A stretch of 44,206 bases of DNA from a virus (IMGVR_UViG_3300009826_000008:1-44206), one strand, 5' to 3'; counted from the first letter of the stretch, positions 6,516-15,385 are shown. Numbers and translations are program-made. The notes: generated by a model from the letters alone, not told the origin.

Positions 6516-6911
6516 ATGGTATATCCAGTAAGATTTAACAATGGTTATGTAGAGAGCTCTATGGAGGCAATTGAGGACGCCATTAGACAATCATTTAACT
6601 TGCGCCAATATGGCTCAGGTGAAAAGCCAACGCTGGAAATTAAGTGGCACGCTGGAAAGCCAGCAAGTTCAAAGCCTATCATTCGCGAGAAGTACCCAAC
6701 AGCCTATATGGTTATTGATATTACATCGCGAGTGCCTAACAATGGTCGTATTGTTGTAACTGATGATGGCGTAGGGCTAATGACTAAATCATACGGAACT
6801 TTTTATTCTTCATCAGCACTGTCAGGATTCGACTCTATCACAGAGTTCGTTGACGAAGTGCTTGAAGCAGCAGAAGATGCGGGATTCTTTAACCGTATCA
6901 CATTGCAGTAA
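6516..6911 (+). CDS. Hypothetical protein (131 aa)
   Basis: GAAGGGATGG RBS precedes the ATG. The gene is followed by the hairpin ggggcgaa/ttcgcccc. Confidence 0.7.
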   Translation: MVYPVRFNNGYVESSMEAIEDAIRQSFNLRQYGSGEKPTLEIKWHAGKPASSKPIIREKYPTAYMVIDITSRVPNNGRIVVTDDGVGLMTKSYGTFYSSSALSGFDSITEFVDEVLEAAEDAGFFNRITLQ

Positions 6912-6963
6912 TGTATGATATGGGGCGAATAGTCTCGTTCGCCCCGCTTAAAAAGGAGTAGAA

Positions 6964-8274
6964 ATGATACCAGATAATCTTTTTGAAAAGTTTGATAAAG
7001 AATGTAGAGTTGTTCTTAGAGAATTGTCCACAGAGGATAATGCTGGATGTGAATCGCACTGGAACCTAAGACCAATGCTGGAGGTGTGGTGGCACAATAA
7101 GCAACGACTAATAGAGCAACTATCAAAAAGTCCCAACTGGGATGCAGAAGAGTTTAGAATTGTGAGTAAAGTAAGACTTGCAAATGGTAGAGATGTAGAA
7201 AAAGACCTCGTAGAGAGATTTAGATGCGCTCTTGACCGTAGCATCTTATGGAACGATTGTGATATGTTCTCAAAACTGAGTCTGTGGATATCGATGAACC
7301 GACATAGAGTTGGAACCGTCAGAGAGGACGGCGAGCTGGTATTATCTGATGATTTTACCGTTAAGTCCACTTACCTCTTGGGAAAGGAGTTTAAGAGAGG
7401 CAGAGCAACTGCACCTGAAATTATACCAAAAGGAATAACTGTTACGGACTGGTATAAGCTCATGCAGGAGTATGTGCACCAGAGCGTGTTTGATGTTGCA
7501 AGTTTTGACACTAGTTATTCACAATACGTTAAGCCTAAAGTCAAGACTAAAGAAAAAGAATACACAATTATGTGGAGCGTCAATCCTGTTGACTTCCTAA
7601 CACATGCTCATGGTGACAGATGGGGCACGTGCCAATCACTTAACAGTGACTATAATAGCGGAGCAGCACTATCACTTATGCAGGGTGTTGATACCTCACT
7701 AATATTTACGTGTGGAAATAGAAAGACAAACGGGGTTTGGTATGAGAAGAAGAAAAGAGTGAGCCTTGTAGGACATCCTGACGAGTACCTGCTTTTCAAC
7801 AGGGTTTATCCGTCAAGAGAGGTATGCGGATTGACAGTAGTTCCAACATTTGCATTTAAAATGATGGATGCGTTCTCAGAGATTCTTGGCACCCACATAT
7901 TGGATGATGGTGTACCACTCGAGCTGCCAGAACACAAATACAATTACCCCAATTATAATGACTTTGTTAATGACCAAGAAGATTCATTATTAATGTGCTT
8001 AGTCAATCCAGAGATAGATGGCATGCCGCTTTACCGAGATGGTATACCATCTCCATTCAACGTGCGTGGGATTATTGCCGTAGGAAAAAAACTCGCAAAT
8101 TGTCATGAAGAAGATACTATAGAAGAACTATATGTGGCAGACCAGCTAGCTGGCGAACATGAGGATATAGAATCTCATAGAGACTATGCTTACAAAATGC
8201 TGACTAAAAAGTGGCACAAGGAACATAGCGTGTTGCCTAACCCTAGTCTCACACCAACGCGCATTATAGATTAG
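6964..8274 (+). CDS. Large hypothetical protein, paralog B of 3652..4968
   Basis: AAGGAG RBS. Conserved blocks shared with paralog A are listed under that feature. Confidence 0.8.
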   Translation: MIPDNLFEKFDKECRVVLRELSTEDNAGCESHWNLRPMLEVWWHNKQRLIEQLSKSPNWDAEEFRIVSKVRLANGRDVEKDLVERFRCALDRSILWNDCDMFSKLSLWISMNRHRVGTVREDGELVLSDDFTVKSTYLLGKEFKRGRATAPEIIPKGITVTDWYKLMQEYVHQSVFDVASFDTSYSQYVKPKVKTKEKEYTIMWSVNPVDFLTHAHGDRWGTCQSLNSDYNSGAALSLMQGVDTSLIFTCGNRKTNGVWYEKKKRVSLVGHPDEYLLFNRVYPSREVCGLTVVPTFAFKMMDAFSEILGTHILDDGVPLELPEHKYNYPNYNDFVNDQEDSLLMCLVNPEIDGMPLYRDGIPSPFNVRGIIAVGKKLANCHEEDTIEELYVADQLAGEHEDIESHRDYAYKMLTKKWHKEHSVLPNPSLTPTRIID

Positions 8275-8347
8275 ACAAGCAGTGAGAGACATTGAACAAT
8301 CAGTACGATATTCATGGTGCTTTAGATTATGATTAGAAAGGTCTACA

Positions 8348-8518
8348 ATGTACAGTGCTAACGTTAAGGTAGATTGTACTGACTGTGGCTGCCCATTTTT
8401 CACAACAGGGTTTAGCTCAAAAAGTACAAATCATGCCAAAGAAATGGCACACAAGAAGCGCAGTAAACTGTGCGTTAAGTGCCTATGCAAGCCGGGGATT
8501 ATGAAAAGGTCACCGTGA
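8348..8518 (+). CDS. 56-aa zinc-ribbon ORF (CTDCGC...CVKCLC)
   Basis: Translated by hand. GAAAGG lies upstream of the ATG. It fills an otherwise empty 280-bp gap. Confidence 0.4.
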   Translation: MYSANVKVDCTDCGCPFFTTGFSSKSTNHAKEMAHKKRSKLCVKCLCKPGIMKRSP

Positions 8519-8578
8519 TAATGGATTTGGCTCTAGTTAGAGCATATAATAAAGTTGGGTTATAAACACAGGAGGACT

Positions 8579-8743
8579 ATGATGAGCGATAGGTTAAAAA
8601 TTAGATTGATTCATTTCGCAGCCTACCTAATCATTCTGACATTAATGGTGGTAGCGAATATATATTTAAGTATTTCTTGGGAAATTATGACGTTTTCACT
8701 TCTTGCCTTTTTTGTTACTGATTGGTGGATGAAAAATGATTAG
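8579..8743 (+). CDS. Small membrane protein with two hydrophobic helices (54 aa)
   Basis: AGGAGG lies 5 nt upstream of ATG 8579. Hydrophobic segments are AAYLIILTLMVVANIYL and IMTFSLLAFFV. Confidence 0.65.
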   Translation: MMSDRLKIRLIHFAAYLIILTLMVVANIYLSISWEIMTFSLLAFFVTDWWMKND

Positions 8744-8752
8744 GTATAAATC

Positions 8753-8971
8753 ATGATTTGTCCACAAATAAGTAAACCAAATGAAGCTATTATGTGCAGC
8801 GATGGACTCGTGTATTACGCTGGCAGTTCACCTAAAAACGAAAATAGGTGCGCGTGGTGGGACAGCGACCGCGAATGTTGCGGGATGTTGCCAATGCAAA
8901 ACAAAAGCTCAGAGTGGGCTAGGAATAGGATAGCCGAACTTGAGCACAAGTTAGCCAAGATGAAGGAGTAG
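8753..8971 (+). CDS. Cys-rich hypothetical protein (72 aa)
   Basis: Compact spacing to both neighbouring genes. Confidence 0.55.
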   Translation: MICPQISKPNEAIMCSDGLVYYAGSSPKNENRCAWWDSDRECCGMLPMQNKSSEWARNRIAELEHKLAKMKE

Positions 8972-8973
8972 TT

Positions 8974-9291
8974 ATGAGTCAATCAGAAGGACATAGGTTA
9001 GCAGGTAATCTTGAGCTGGCAGCCCGTGGCTATGAGCGCAATTTACAAAGTCACACGTCAATGAAGAGAGCGGAATTGCTGAGCACAGCCTACAGCGCAG
9101 TAGTAGAAGCCATAGACGGTGAGACGTGTGAGCTAGACTTGCCAGCGTTTCTTATTTCGAGCGATATGCCAGAAGTAGCGCACTGTAGAGAGTGCAGACA
9201 TCTAAATATAGCAGACGTTGGATTTGGGATGGCTAGGTCAAAATATTGCGCAGGTTGCGGCTGTCGAATAGTAGGTGATGGTGATGATTAG
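8974..9291 (+). CDS. Zinc-ribbon protein, paralog of the C-terminal part of 3065..3541
   Basis: AAGGAG RBS. The shared N-terminus MSQSEGHRLA, the AVVEAIDGETCE block and the CxxC...CxGCGCRIVGDGDD tail match the paralog. Confidence 0.75.
   Translation: MSQSEGHRLAGNLELAARGYERNLQSHTSMKRAELLSTAYSAVVEAIDGETCELDLPAFLISSDMPEVAHCRECRHLNIADVGFGMARSKYCAGCGCRIVGDGDD
9096..9133. repeat. 38-nt exact repeat shared with 3367..3404
   Basis: Identical 38-mer within the paralogous genes. Confidence 0.95.
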
Positions 9292-9393
9292 AAGGCTGTT
9301 TTGTAAACCCGAGTACAGACCCATAAGCAGCACACTTGGAATCACAGTTTTAGTCTGCTTAAAATGTGGCTCCAGAATTGAGAGGTGATACAA

Positions 9394-9669
9394 ATGAGTA
9401 GAGCAATCAGCGAGTGCAGAGGATGTGGATACACAACTGACTGTACCAACTTTAAAGGTTGCCCAGATATGAGCAAGGATGCAGTTTTAACTGAGCGCAA
9501 GCCAACAAACTTTGAGCGCGTTACTGCGAGTCCTGAGGCGTTAGTGCATTTCATGGTTTTCGACCCAAAGAGTCGTAGATGCAAAATGTGCAAACATGAA
9601 GGATGTACACGGAAGAATTGTGCCGAGGTTTTGACTGAGTGGCTAGAAAGTGAGGTGGATGATGAATAA
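9394..9669 (+). CDS. Cys-rich hypothetical protein (91 aa)
   Basis: GAGAGGTG RBS precedes ATG 9394. Contains a CRGC...C...C motif. Confidence 0.65.
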   Translation: MSRAISECRGCGYTTDCTNFKGCPDMSKDAVLTERKPTNFERVTASPEALVHFMVFDPKSRRCKMCKHEGCTRKNCAEVLTEWLESEVDDE

Positions 9670-9889
9670 TGCAGAACTAATGAAGCCTTACGTAATGGTA
9701 GTTGATAATCCAGACAGTCCATACCATGGTGAAGAGCTTACTTGCGACCCTGGGCATAATCTTGTCCGCTGTAAAGACTGCAAGCACATGAGAGACGAAA
9801 CGCACGAAATGGGTAACCCGTCATATTATTGCCAAAAGCATTGCTGGAATATGGATGACAACTTCTTTTGCGCCGATGGTGAGCGATGA
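9659..9889 (+). CDS. Cys-rich hypothetical protein (about 76 aa)
   Basis: GAGGTGG lies just upstream. Overlaps the upstream stop. Contains a CKDCKH...CQKHC...FCADGE motif. Confidence 0.6.
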   Translation: MMNNAELMKPYVMVVDNPDSPYHGEELTCDPGHNLVRCKDCKHMRDETHEMGNPSYYCQKHCWNMDDNFFCADGER

Positions 9890-10170
9890 TGAGTGTATTC
9901 GATTGTTCCTGTGGATTAAAGTTTTTTACTTGCTGGAAGTGTTGGGTCAAGTTCGTAGGCTTTGTGATTGCTGGTGTTTTGATTATGACTGTCATCTTTG
10001 GCTTAGTGATGGAGGTACGTGACTGGTGCGGTAGACCCCAGACCGTAAGAGAACTACATAGGAGCATGACACCAGAAAGTGTGCGATTCCTACAGACGGG
10101 GAACTGGTACACAGACGGTAAGCCTTGCGAATGTTCACCATGCGCACAAGCCAGAGAGAGAAGGGAATGA
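9886..10170 (+). CDS. Membrane protein, one TM helix, Cys-rich (94 aa)
   Basis: ATGA overlap with the upstream gene. Hydrophobic stretch FVGFVIAGVLIMTVIFGLV. Confidence 0.6.
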   Translation: MMSVFDCSCGLKFFTCWKCWVKFVGFVIAGVLIMTVIFGLVMEVRDWCGRPQTVRELHRSMTPESVRFLQTGNWYTDGKPCECSPCAQARERRE

Positions 10171-10176
10171 TGGGAG

Positions 10177-10374
10177 ATGACTGATTTTATAATTATGTCT
10201 GCTGTGGTCTGTTTGCAGATTTTCATATTTGTAGGGATTATTGCCTGTGTGGCAGTACCAGTAGTTGTGTTTATGTCAACTACTAATGCTTTATATCTAC
10301 TTTTGTACCTACTAAGTATTCCCATACTGTCTGTCCTCCTTGTGTCGGCTTATTGGATATTTAACTATGTTTAG
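10177..10374 (+). CDS. Small membrane protein, two TM helices (65 aa)
   Basis: Almost entirely hydrophobic sequence with compact spacing to neighbours. Confidence 0.6.
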   Translation: MTDFIIMSAVVCLQIFIFVGIIACVAVPVVVFMSTTNALYLLLYLLSIPILSVLLVSAYWIFNYV

Positions 10375-10588
10375 TCCAATAGAATTAGCCGAACAGGCAG
10401 AGAAATATAATAACTATGGTGGGTATTTTGAGTATAAGCGCGGTCAGACGTGTGACGGGTGTGGTAACTGGTTCTTTATGTCTATAGGAATTAGACCACA
10501 ACACATGATAAATGATGATGAAACTATCACACTTAAAGTCGAGTGTCCATTATGTGTGTACAACCACAGTGCGGAGCTGATATTATGA
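10367..10588 (+). CDS. Zinc-ribbon hypothetical protein (73 aa)
   Basis: ATG 10367 overlaps the upstream stop (ATGTTTAG). Contains CDGCGN...CPLC. Confidence 0.6.
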   Translation: MFSPIELAEQAEKYNNYGGYFEYKRGQTCDGCGNWFFMSIGIRPQHMINDDETITLKVECPLCVYNHSAELIL

Positions 10589-10689
10589 GTGCAGCATTTT
10601 TGATGTTTTTGTATATTACTGCTATACTAGCAGTAATACTACTCATTAGTTGGGCTGAAGGTAATGACGACCCCCCAAGTTACGTCTAG
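10585..10689 (+). CDS. 34-aa single-TM mini-protein
   Basis: ATGA overlap with the upstream stop. Translated by hand as MSAAFLMFLYITAILAVILLISWAEGNDDPPSYV. Confidence 0.4.
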   Translation: MSAAFLMFLYITAILAVILLISWAEGNDDPPSYV

Positions 10690-10760
10690 GTAACGTAATT
10701 ATGAAATGGCTCCACTTCGTATTATAATATATATCTATAACAGATAGATAGGAAAAGTAT

Positions 10761-10973
10761 ATGTCAAAATCAATTAGTTGTTATCAATGTCATAGATATC
10801 GATTAAGAAAAGATATACCTAATGACCAGTTCGACATTAAAGACTTTGATAACTTCCGTTGTTACGCTGTAGATAAAGAGTATGGTGAGTCTATCCCAGC
10901 AGAAGAACGAAAATTAGGTAATTGCGCTATGGCTATGACAAGACCATATCGTGTAAAAGACAAGGATATATAG
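10761..10973 (+). CDS. Hypothetical protein (70 aa)
   Basis: An ATG with an upstream purine-rich tract. First gene after a 70-bp gap. Confidence 0.6.
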   Translation: MSKSISCYQCHRYRLRKDIPNDQFDIKDFDNFRCYAVDKEYGESIPAEERKLGNCAMAMTRPYRVKDKDI

Positions 10974-10984
10974 AAAGGATTAGA

Positions 10985-11515
10985 ATGGCAAATCTAAAAC
11001 CACCCAAAACTAGTGCTTCGGGAGACTTTAAGTGTCCACCACCTAATCTGTATGACTGCGTTATTGTTAGTGTCGAAGAAGTTCCGAACACCTTCTACAA
11101 CCCAGAAGAAGACCATGATGGCAAGAAGACACAACTACAGTGGGATGCCAAGATTGCTGATGGCGAGTTCAAGGGAACTAACTTGAGGTTCTGGACATCC
11201 AGCTACTTAAGCCGTCATCCAAAGGCTAAGTTAGCACCACTTCTGAGCATGCTAGACTCCGAGTTTAGCATTGATGTGGGATATACAGATGTGGCAGACA
11301 TGCAGGCTGCCGTAATGTACTCACCAGTTCGTATAATGACAAATGTCAGAACGGTTACAAAAGATGTAGACGGTGAAAAGAAGGAAGTACAGTATCCAAA
11401 GGTAGAGAGCTGGATTGCTTCTGCCATGTCGAAGTCAGAGGTCAATAAGGACGACTTTGTTCCAAAAGCTGATGCTCCATCAGTTGAAGTGTTGACTGAT
11501 GATATTCCATTCTGA
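10985..11515 (+). CDS. DUF669-like phage ssDNA-binding protein with a bacterial-SSB-type C-terminal tip (DDIPF)
   Basis: GAAAGGA RBS before ATG 10985. The protein ends ...VEVLTDDIPF, matching the canonical SSB acidic tip. It sits directly upstream of the nuclease and helicase module. Confidence 0.6.
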   Translation: MANLKPPKTSASGDFKCPPPNLYDCVIVSVEEVPNTFYNPEEDHDGKKTQLQWDAKIADGEFKGTNLRFWTSSYLSRHPKAKLAPLLSMLDSEFSIDVGYTDVADMQAAVMYSPVRIMTNVRTVTKDVDGEKKEVQYPKVESWIASAMSKSEVNKDDFVPKADAPSVEVLTDDIPF

Positions 11516-11772
11516 TGTTTGTACAAGACATCAGAGTTCACCTAGAAAATAGCAAATGTACCTGTGGTAGAGCTGCCGAGCACAGCATTACACTGTCAGT
11601 AGCACTTGGTCACAGGTACAAATATGGTACGGCGGTGTACTGTGACACATGTGCAAAGCCAGCCTTCAAAGCTATTCACAAGCTGAACGATGATGTGGTG
11701 TGGTTTTCTAAAGGAGAGCTAAGACAAGCACCTATAGATAGGAAAGAGCTAGAGCAGGGGAGTTTGTTATGA
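11515..11772 (+). CDS. Hypothetical protein (85 aa)
   Basis: TGATG overlap upstream and ATGA overlap downstream. Confidence 0.65.
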   Translation: MFVQDIRVHLENSKCTCGRAAEHSITLSVALGHRYKYGTAVYCDTCAKPAFKAIHKLNDDVVWFSKGELRQAPIDRKELEQGSLL

Positions 11773-12641
11773 CAACACCATTAAACGCAACAATAAATCA
11801 AAACGGGGATAGAGTATACACAGTAGGTACCGATGGTGACAGGCAGTACATATCGGTCACATCGGTACTGAATGCACTGCCAAAGCAACAGTGGCTAATT
11901 CCTTGGGCTTCTAGGTTGGCGGCAGAGAGAGCATTAGACTTTCAGCAGCAACCATATCATGAGTGGCGAGGTATACTTGAACCTTATGGTCTGCTTGATG
12001 GTAAGACAGAAGATGAGTCTATTGTAAACTACATCAAGTCTGCATCAAGAGAGTACACTAAAGATGCAGGTGGTCTAGGTGACGAGGTGCACACACTTGT
12101 TGAGCACGCTCTAAAGTTGCCAAAAGAAGATATTATGTCACAGCTACAAAGCCTTGCTGTTCAGCTTGGATTGACCTTTGATGACCAAGGTAAGTGCGAA
12201 GCACTTCGAAGAGTCGAGCATTTCGCAGCATGGTACACAACGTCACCCTACAGAGTTATAGCTCAAGAGTTCACAGTGTTCAATGATACTGTAGGTTATG
12301 CTGGCTCCTGTGACCTCGCCCTTGAGCATGAAAAAACTGGTGAATGGTTCTATACAGATGTTAAATCTGGAGCCTTAAGAGAAGATGCATCTATGCAGCT
12401 TATAGCATACGTGAAGGGTGAGTATGTATACGATGCAGAGAATAATGAGCGCAAACAAATGCCTAGAGGTTCTGGCAAGTTTGGTGGAGCTATGGTTATT
12501 CAGACCATGAAAACTAAATGCAAAATTGCTATAGTCAATGAAGAGAACTATGAAGAGTTATGGAAAACATTCAGGTACTTACTTGAAATGAAGTATGGCT
12601 TCCTAGCAATGAAACAAAAAGACGTATTTACAATATTGTAA
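11769..12641 (+). CDS. PD-(D/E)XK (RecB/Cas4-like) exonuclease
   Basis: Motifs GDEVHTLVEH, GSCDLAL, YTDVKSG and QLIAY occur in the order expected for this nuclease fold. Confidence 0.65.
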   Translation: MTTPLNATINQNGDRVYTVGTDGDRQYISVTSVLNALPKQQWLIPWASRLAAERALDFQQQPYHEWRGILEPYGLLDGKTEDESIVNYIKSASREYTKDAGGLGDEVHTLVEHALKLPKEDIMSQLQSLAVQLGLTFDDQGKCEALRRVEHFAAWYTTSPYRVIAQEFTVFNDTVGYAGSCDLALEHEKTGEWFYTDVKSGALREDASMQLIAYVKGEYVYDAENNERKQMPRGSGKFGGAMVIQTMKTKCKIAIVNEENYEELWKTFRYLLEMKYGFLAMKQKDVFTIL

Positions 12642-12650
12642 GGAGATAAT

Positions 12651-12962
12651 ATGCCTATTGAAGTAGTTGTATCATCGGACATGACAGGAACTGTACTTGA
12701 TAGCACAAGGCGTGAAGAGTTCAGGGTTATTGAGTTTTGGGATGACGAAGCAGCAGAGCGAGGAGAGGATGGTCATGTAAAAATTGTAGCGGAAGCTGAC
12801 CTAATTTACGAAGCTATTGCTAACTGGTTATCTAAGCTAAACTTTGTACCATTCAACGAAGAGGACTCACTGCAAGGATTCTTGTTATGGATGTTATCTG
12901 ATGATGAAAACATGGATGTAGTTCTTGACGAGCTGCAAAGGTGGCAAGACGAAAGGCAATAA
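12651..12962 (+). CDS. Acidic hypothetical protein (103 aa)
   Basis: AAGGAG RBS precedes the ATG. Confidence 0.7.
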   Translation: MPIEVVVSSDMTGTVLDSTRREEFRVIEFWDDEAAERGEDGHVKIVAEADLIYEAIANWLSKLNFVPFNEEDSLQGFLLWMLSDDENMDVVLDELQRWQDERQ

Positions 12963-12971
12963 ATAAAAAAC

Positions 12972-13011
12972 GTGTGCTAGGTTGTTTTCACTCCTTTCCA
13001 ATCTAGCACAC
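12972..13011. promoter_or_regulatory. 9-bp perfect inverted repeat upstream of dnaB
   Basis: gtgtgctag (12972..12980) pairs with ctagcacac (13003..13011). The loop is 22 nt and no T-run follows. Confidence 0.3.
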
Positions 13012-13044
13012 TCCTTAGATGCAAAGGCATGGAGACGGAGAACA

Positions 13045-14472
13045 ATGAGTAAAGTTGAGAGAGTAGCAGCAACCAGAACACTGCCGCACAGTTTAGAGGC
13101 TGAGCGTGGGGTACTTGGAGCAATGCTTCTGTCATCAAAGGCACAGAACGAGGCAATGGAAGTTCTTTCTAAGACGGACTTCTACAGACCATCGCATCAA
13201 TCCATATTCGAAGCGATGACAGGGTTGCTTATGACAGGTCAGAATGTAGATACAATATCACTTACAGACAAATTAACCAGTGATGGGTTATTAGAAAAGT
13301 CTGGAGGTGCAAGCTACCTAGCAGACCTAACTTTAGCGACACCGACAGCACAACACTCATCTTCATACATGAAGATAGTTAAGAAGCTGTCAGTGTTTAG
13401 AGACATTGTACACGCTGGTTCACATATTGCAGCAGTTGGATATGGTGCTGGCAGTGAGGTTGATGAAGCACTTTCCAAGGTTATGAGCGAAGTCATGAGC
13501 CTCGCAGATGGGAAAATCAGCACATCGCTATCCATTGATGATGTGGTAGAAGACCTAGACCAGTACCTAGAGTCTGGCAAGAAAGAATGGATTAAACATC
13601 CATATATGCCGAACGTAAGGCTAGGTGGCGGAGACCTTGTTGTTATTGCTGGAGGTACATCATCTGGAAAGACAGCATTCAGCATGAAGTTAGCTTATGA
13701 TTGGGCTAAAGTAATGCCAGTAACATACTTTGAGTATGAAATGGACGAAAGAGAACTTGCCTCTAGACTCCTGAGTCACGTATCACTAGTACCACTTCCA
13801 AAAATTCAAGATGTAGAATTTAGCGACATAGAGCGGACATGCATTAAGGACGCTATGCAGATTATCAGAAAAACTGATTTGCGCATAGAGAACGTTTGGT
13901 GTGGAATTGGACAGTTAATGGCTAAGATTAGGCAAGAAGCTATGCTTGGTCGAAAAGTGTTCTTCATTGACCATATAGGTCTTGTACCATTTGACCGAGT
14001 TGGACAGATGAGCGAAGCAAAGGCTATCGGGGTTCAGCTAACAAACCCACTGAAGAGGTTGGCATCAGAGCTTGACATTACAATCGTTATCTTAGTTCAA
14101 CTAAATAGAGCTGGACAGATTGGCAACTTCCCAAGGCTTCTTAATCTAAGAGACTCTGGTGAGATTGAGCAAGACGCATCTGTAGTTGCAATGCTTTGGA
14201 GCGACAAGCAAATACCAGAAGAAGAAACAGCCAAGCGTGTACAGTTAAGGCAAGACAGTCAACTGTACACACCACAAGAGGCTGTTGATTGCACTCACAC
14301 TAACCTCATTCGTGTGGGTGTAGAGAAAAATAGAAACGGTGAACTTGGTTCTGACTTCTTGAAGTTTCATGGTTCCATATTCACATATGAGCAGAACGGT
14401 GACTTTATGGAGCTGTTCGCAGAGGGTGGTGACAATGAAGATAAAGTACCAAGACAAGACAGTCTATGTTAA
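13045..14472 (+). CDS. dnaB: DnaB-family replicative DNA helicase
   Basis: N-terminal LPHSLEAERGVLGAML motif, Walker A GGTSSGKT, Walker B FFIDHIG, and VQLNR. GGAGACGGAG RBS precedes ATG 13045. Confidence 0.9.
   Translation: MSKVERVAATRTLPHSLEAERGVLGAMLLSSKAQNEAMEVLSKTDFYRPSHQSIFEAMTGLLMTGQNVDTISLTDKLTSDGLLEKSGGASYLADLTLATPTAQHSSSYMKIVKKLSVFRDIVHAGSHIAAVGYGAGSEVDEALSKVMSEVMSLADGKISTSLSIDDVVEDLDQYLESGKKEWIKHPYMPNVRLGGGDLVVIAGGTSSGKTAFSMKLAYDWAKVMPVTYFEYEMDERELASRLLSHVSLVPLPKIQDVEFSDIERTCIKDAMQIIRKTDLRIENVWCGIGQLMAKIRQEAMLGRKVFFIDHIGLVPFDRVGQMSEAKAIGVQLTNPLKRLASELDITIVILVQLNRAGQIGNFPRLLNLRDSGEIEQDASVVAMLWSDKQIPEEETAKRVQLRQDSQLYTPQEAVDCTHTNLIRVGVEKNRNGELGSDFLKFHGSIFTYEQNGDFMELFAEGGDNEDKVPRQDSLC
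13991..14014. repeat. 24-nt exact repeat shared with 3186..3209
   Basis: Identical 24-mer inside dnaB. Confidence 0.95.
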
Positions 14473-14650
14473 AGTTGATAAGTTCGAGTGGGATATGGCT
14501 ATGGTCAAGCATGGCGGTGTGTACGGTGCCTTAGGATGGTACATGCAGCATCCTCTATGTCCGCCTAAAGATAAAAAGATGCTCAGAGAGCTTCTAGAGT
14601 GGGACTACTTCAAAGGTGGTGACCTAGGTGATATCGGCGACCAAGAGTAG
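14435..14650 (+). CDS. Hypothetical protein (71 aa)
   Basis: GAGGGTGG RBS before ATG 14435. Overlaps the 3' end of dnaB. Confidence 0.55.
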   Translation: MKIKYQDKTVYVKVDKFEWDMAMVKHGGVYGALGWYMQHPLCPPKDKKMLRELLEWDYFKGGDLGDIGDQE

Positions 14651-15038
14651 CTTAGTATCCTTTCGCGAGCCTTATGGCGGAGAGAAAGTAGAGATTGTTG
14701 TGAACCCAGAGGCAAGATTTTATGCCCTTAATTACGATTGGAACAATAAAAGGGTTCAAATGTTTGATATCTTTGAGTCATCTAGGTTCGTATATGATGT
14801 GGCAAATATTAACGCTAAGCACAATGGCAGGTATTATCTTCCCGACTATGAAGAAGATATCAGAATCGCACTGCACAGTCAGTTCGGACATCGTAGAGAG
14901 TATGAAATTAGCGTTGGTGATGCTTTTGAAGACGATGTGCGCAAGCTTGAAAAGTGGGATATATACAAACAGTGCGTAAGTAATCTGAGTGTTATAGCCG
15001 ACTTAGCAAGAGGAATAGAGAGATTGGATAACGAATGA
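14628..15038 (+). CDS. Hypothetical protein (136 aa; GTG start uncertain)
   Basis: Long ORF with no early ATG. AAGGTGG lies about 10 nt upstream of GTG 14628. Confidence 0.55.
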   Translation: MISATKSSLVSFREPYGGEKVEIVVNPEARFYALNYDWNNKRVQMFDIFESSRFVYDVANINAKHNGRYYLPDYEEDIRIALHSQFGHRREYEISVGDAFEDDVRKLEKWDIYKQCVSNLSVIADLARGIERLDNE

Positions 15039-15385
15039 AAAGACCAGTAACAGAGTTTGATGTTCAGGAGCTTGAGGTATGCATCAATCAGGCACTGCTA
15101 GACGCAGAGTTTGCAGAGATTGATGTTGCACCCGATGGCTCTGAACAAATAAACATAAAAGATGGCTTTATCACCAGAACTTCATATAACGAAGAGGATG
15201 GAACATTCACGGTGGCTGTGTCAGTTCATCGCGTGAAGGATAAGCCTATTGTTACCTTCCGTGCAGGGAAGTCTTTGGAACTGCCAGAAGTAGCAGAGGA
15301 TAGACCAGAGCCTCCGTTCAAAAAGATTATGGATGAAAGGGCTGCTAATGGCAATACCAAAGACACGGAAACCACACAGTCATAA
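15035..15385 (+). CDS. Acidic hypothetical protein (116 aa)
   Basis: ATGA overlap with the upstream gene. Confidence 0.65.
   Translation: MKRPVTEFDVQELEVCINQALLDAEFAEIDVAPDGSEQINIKDGFITRTSYNEEDGTFTVAVSVHRVKDKPIVTFRAGKSLELPEVAEDRPEPPFKKIMDERAANGNTKDTETTQS

Noticed and set aside
14722-14979. Alternative-frame 85-aa ORF inside gene 14628..15038
   Set aside because: It is fully nested in a longer ORF with better coding context.
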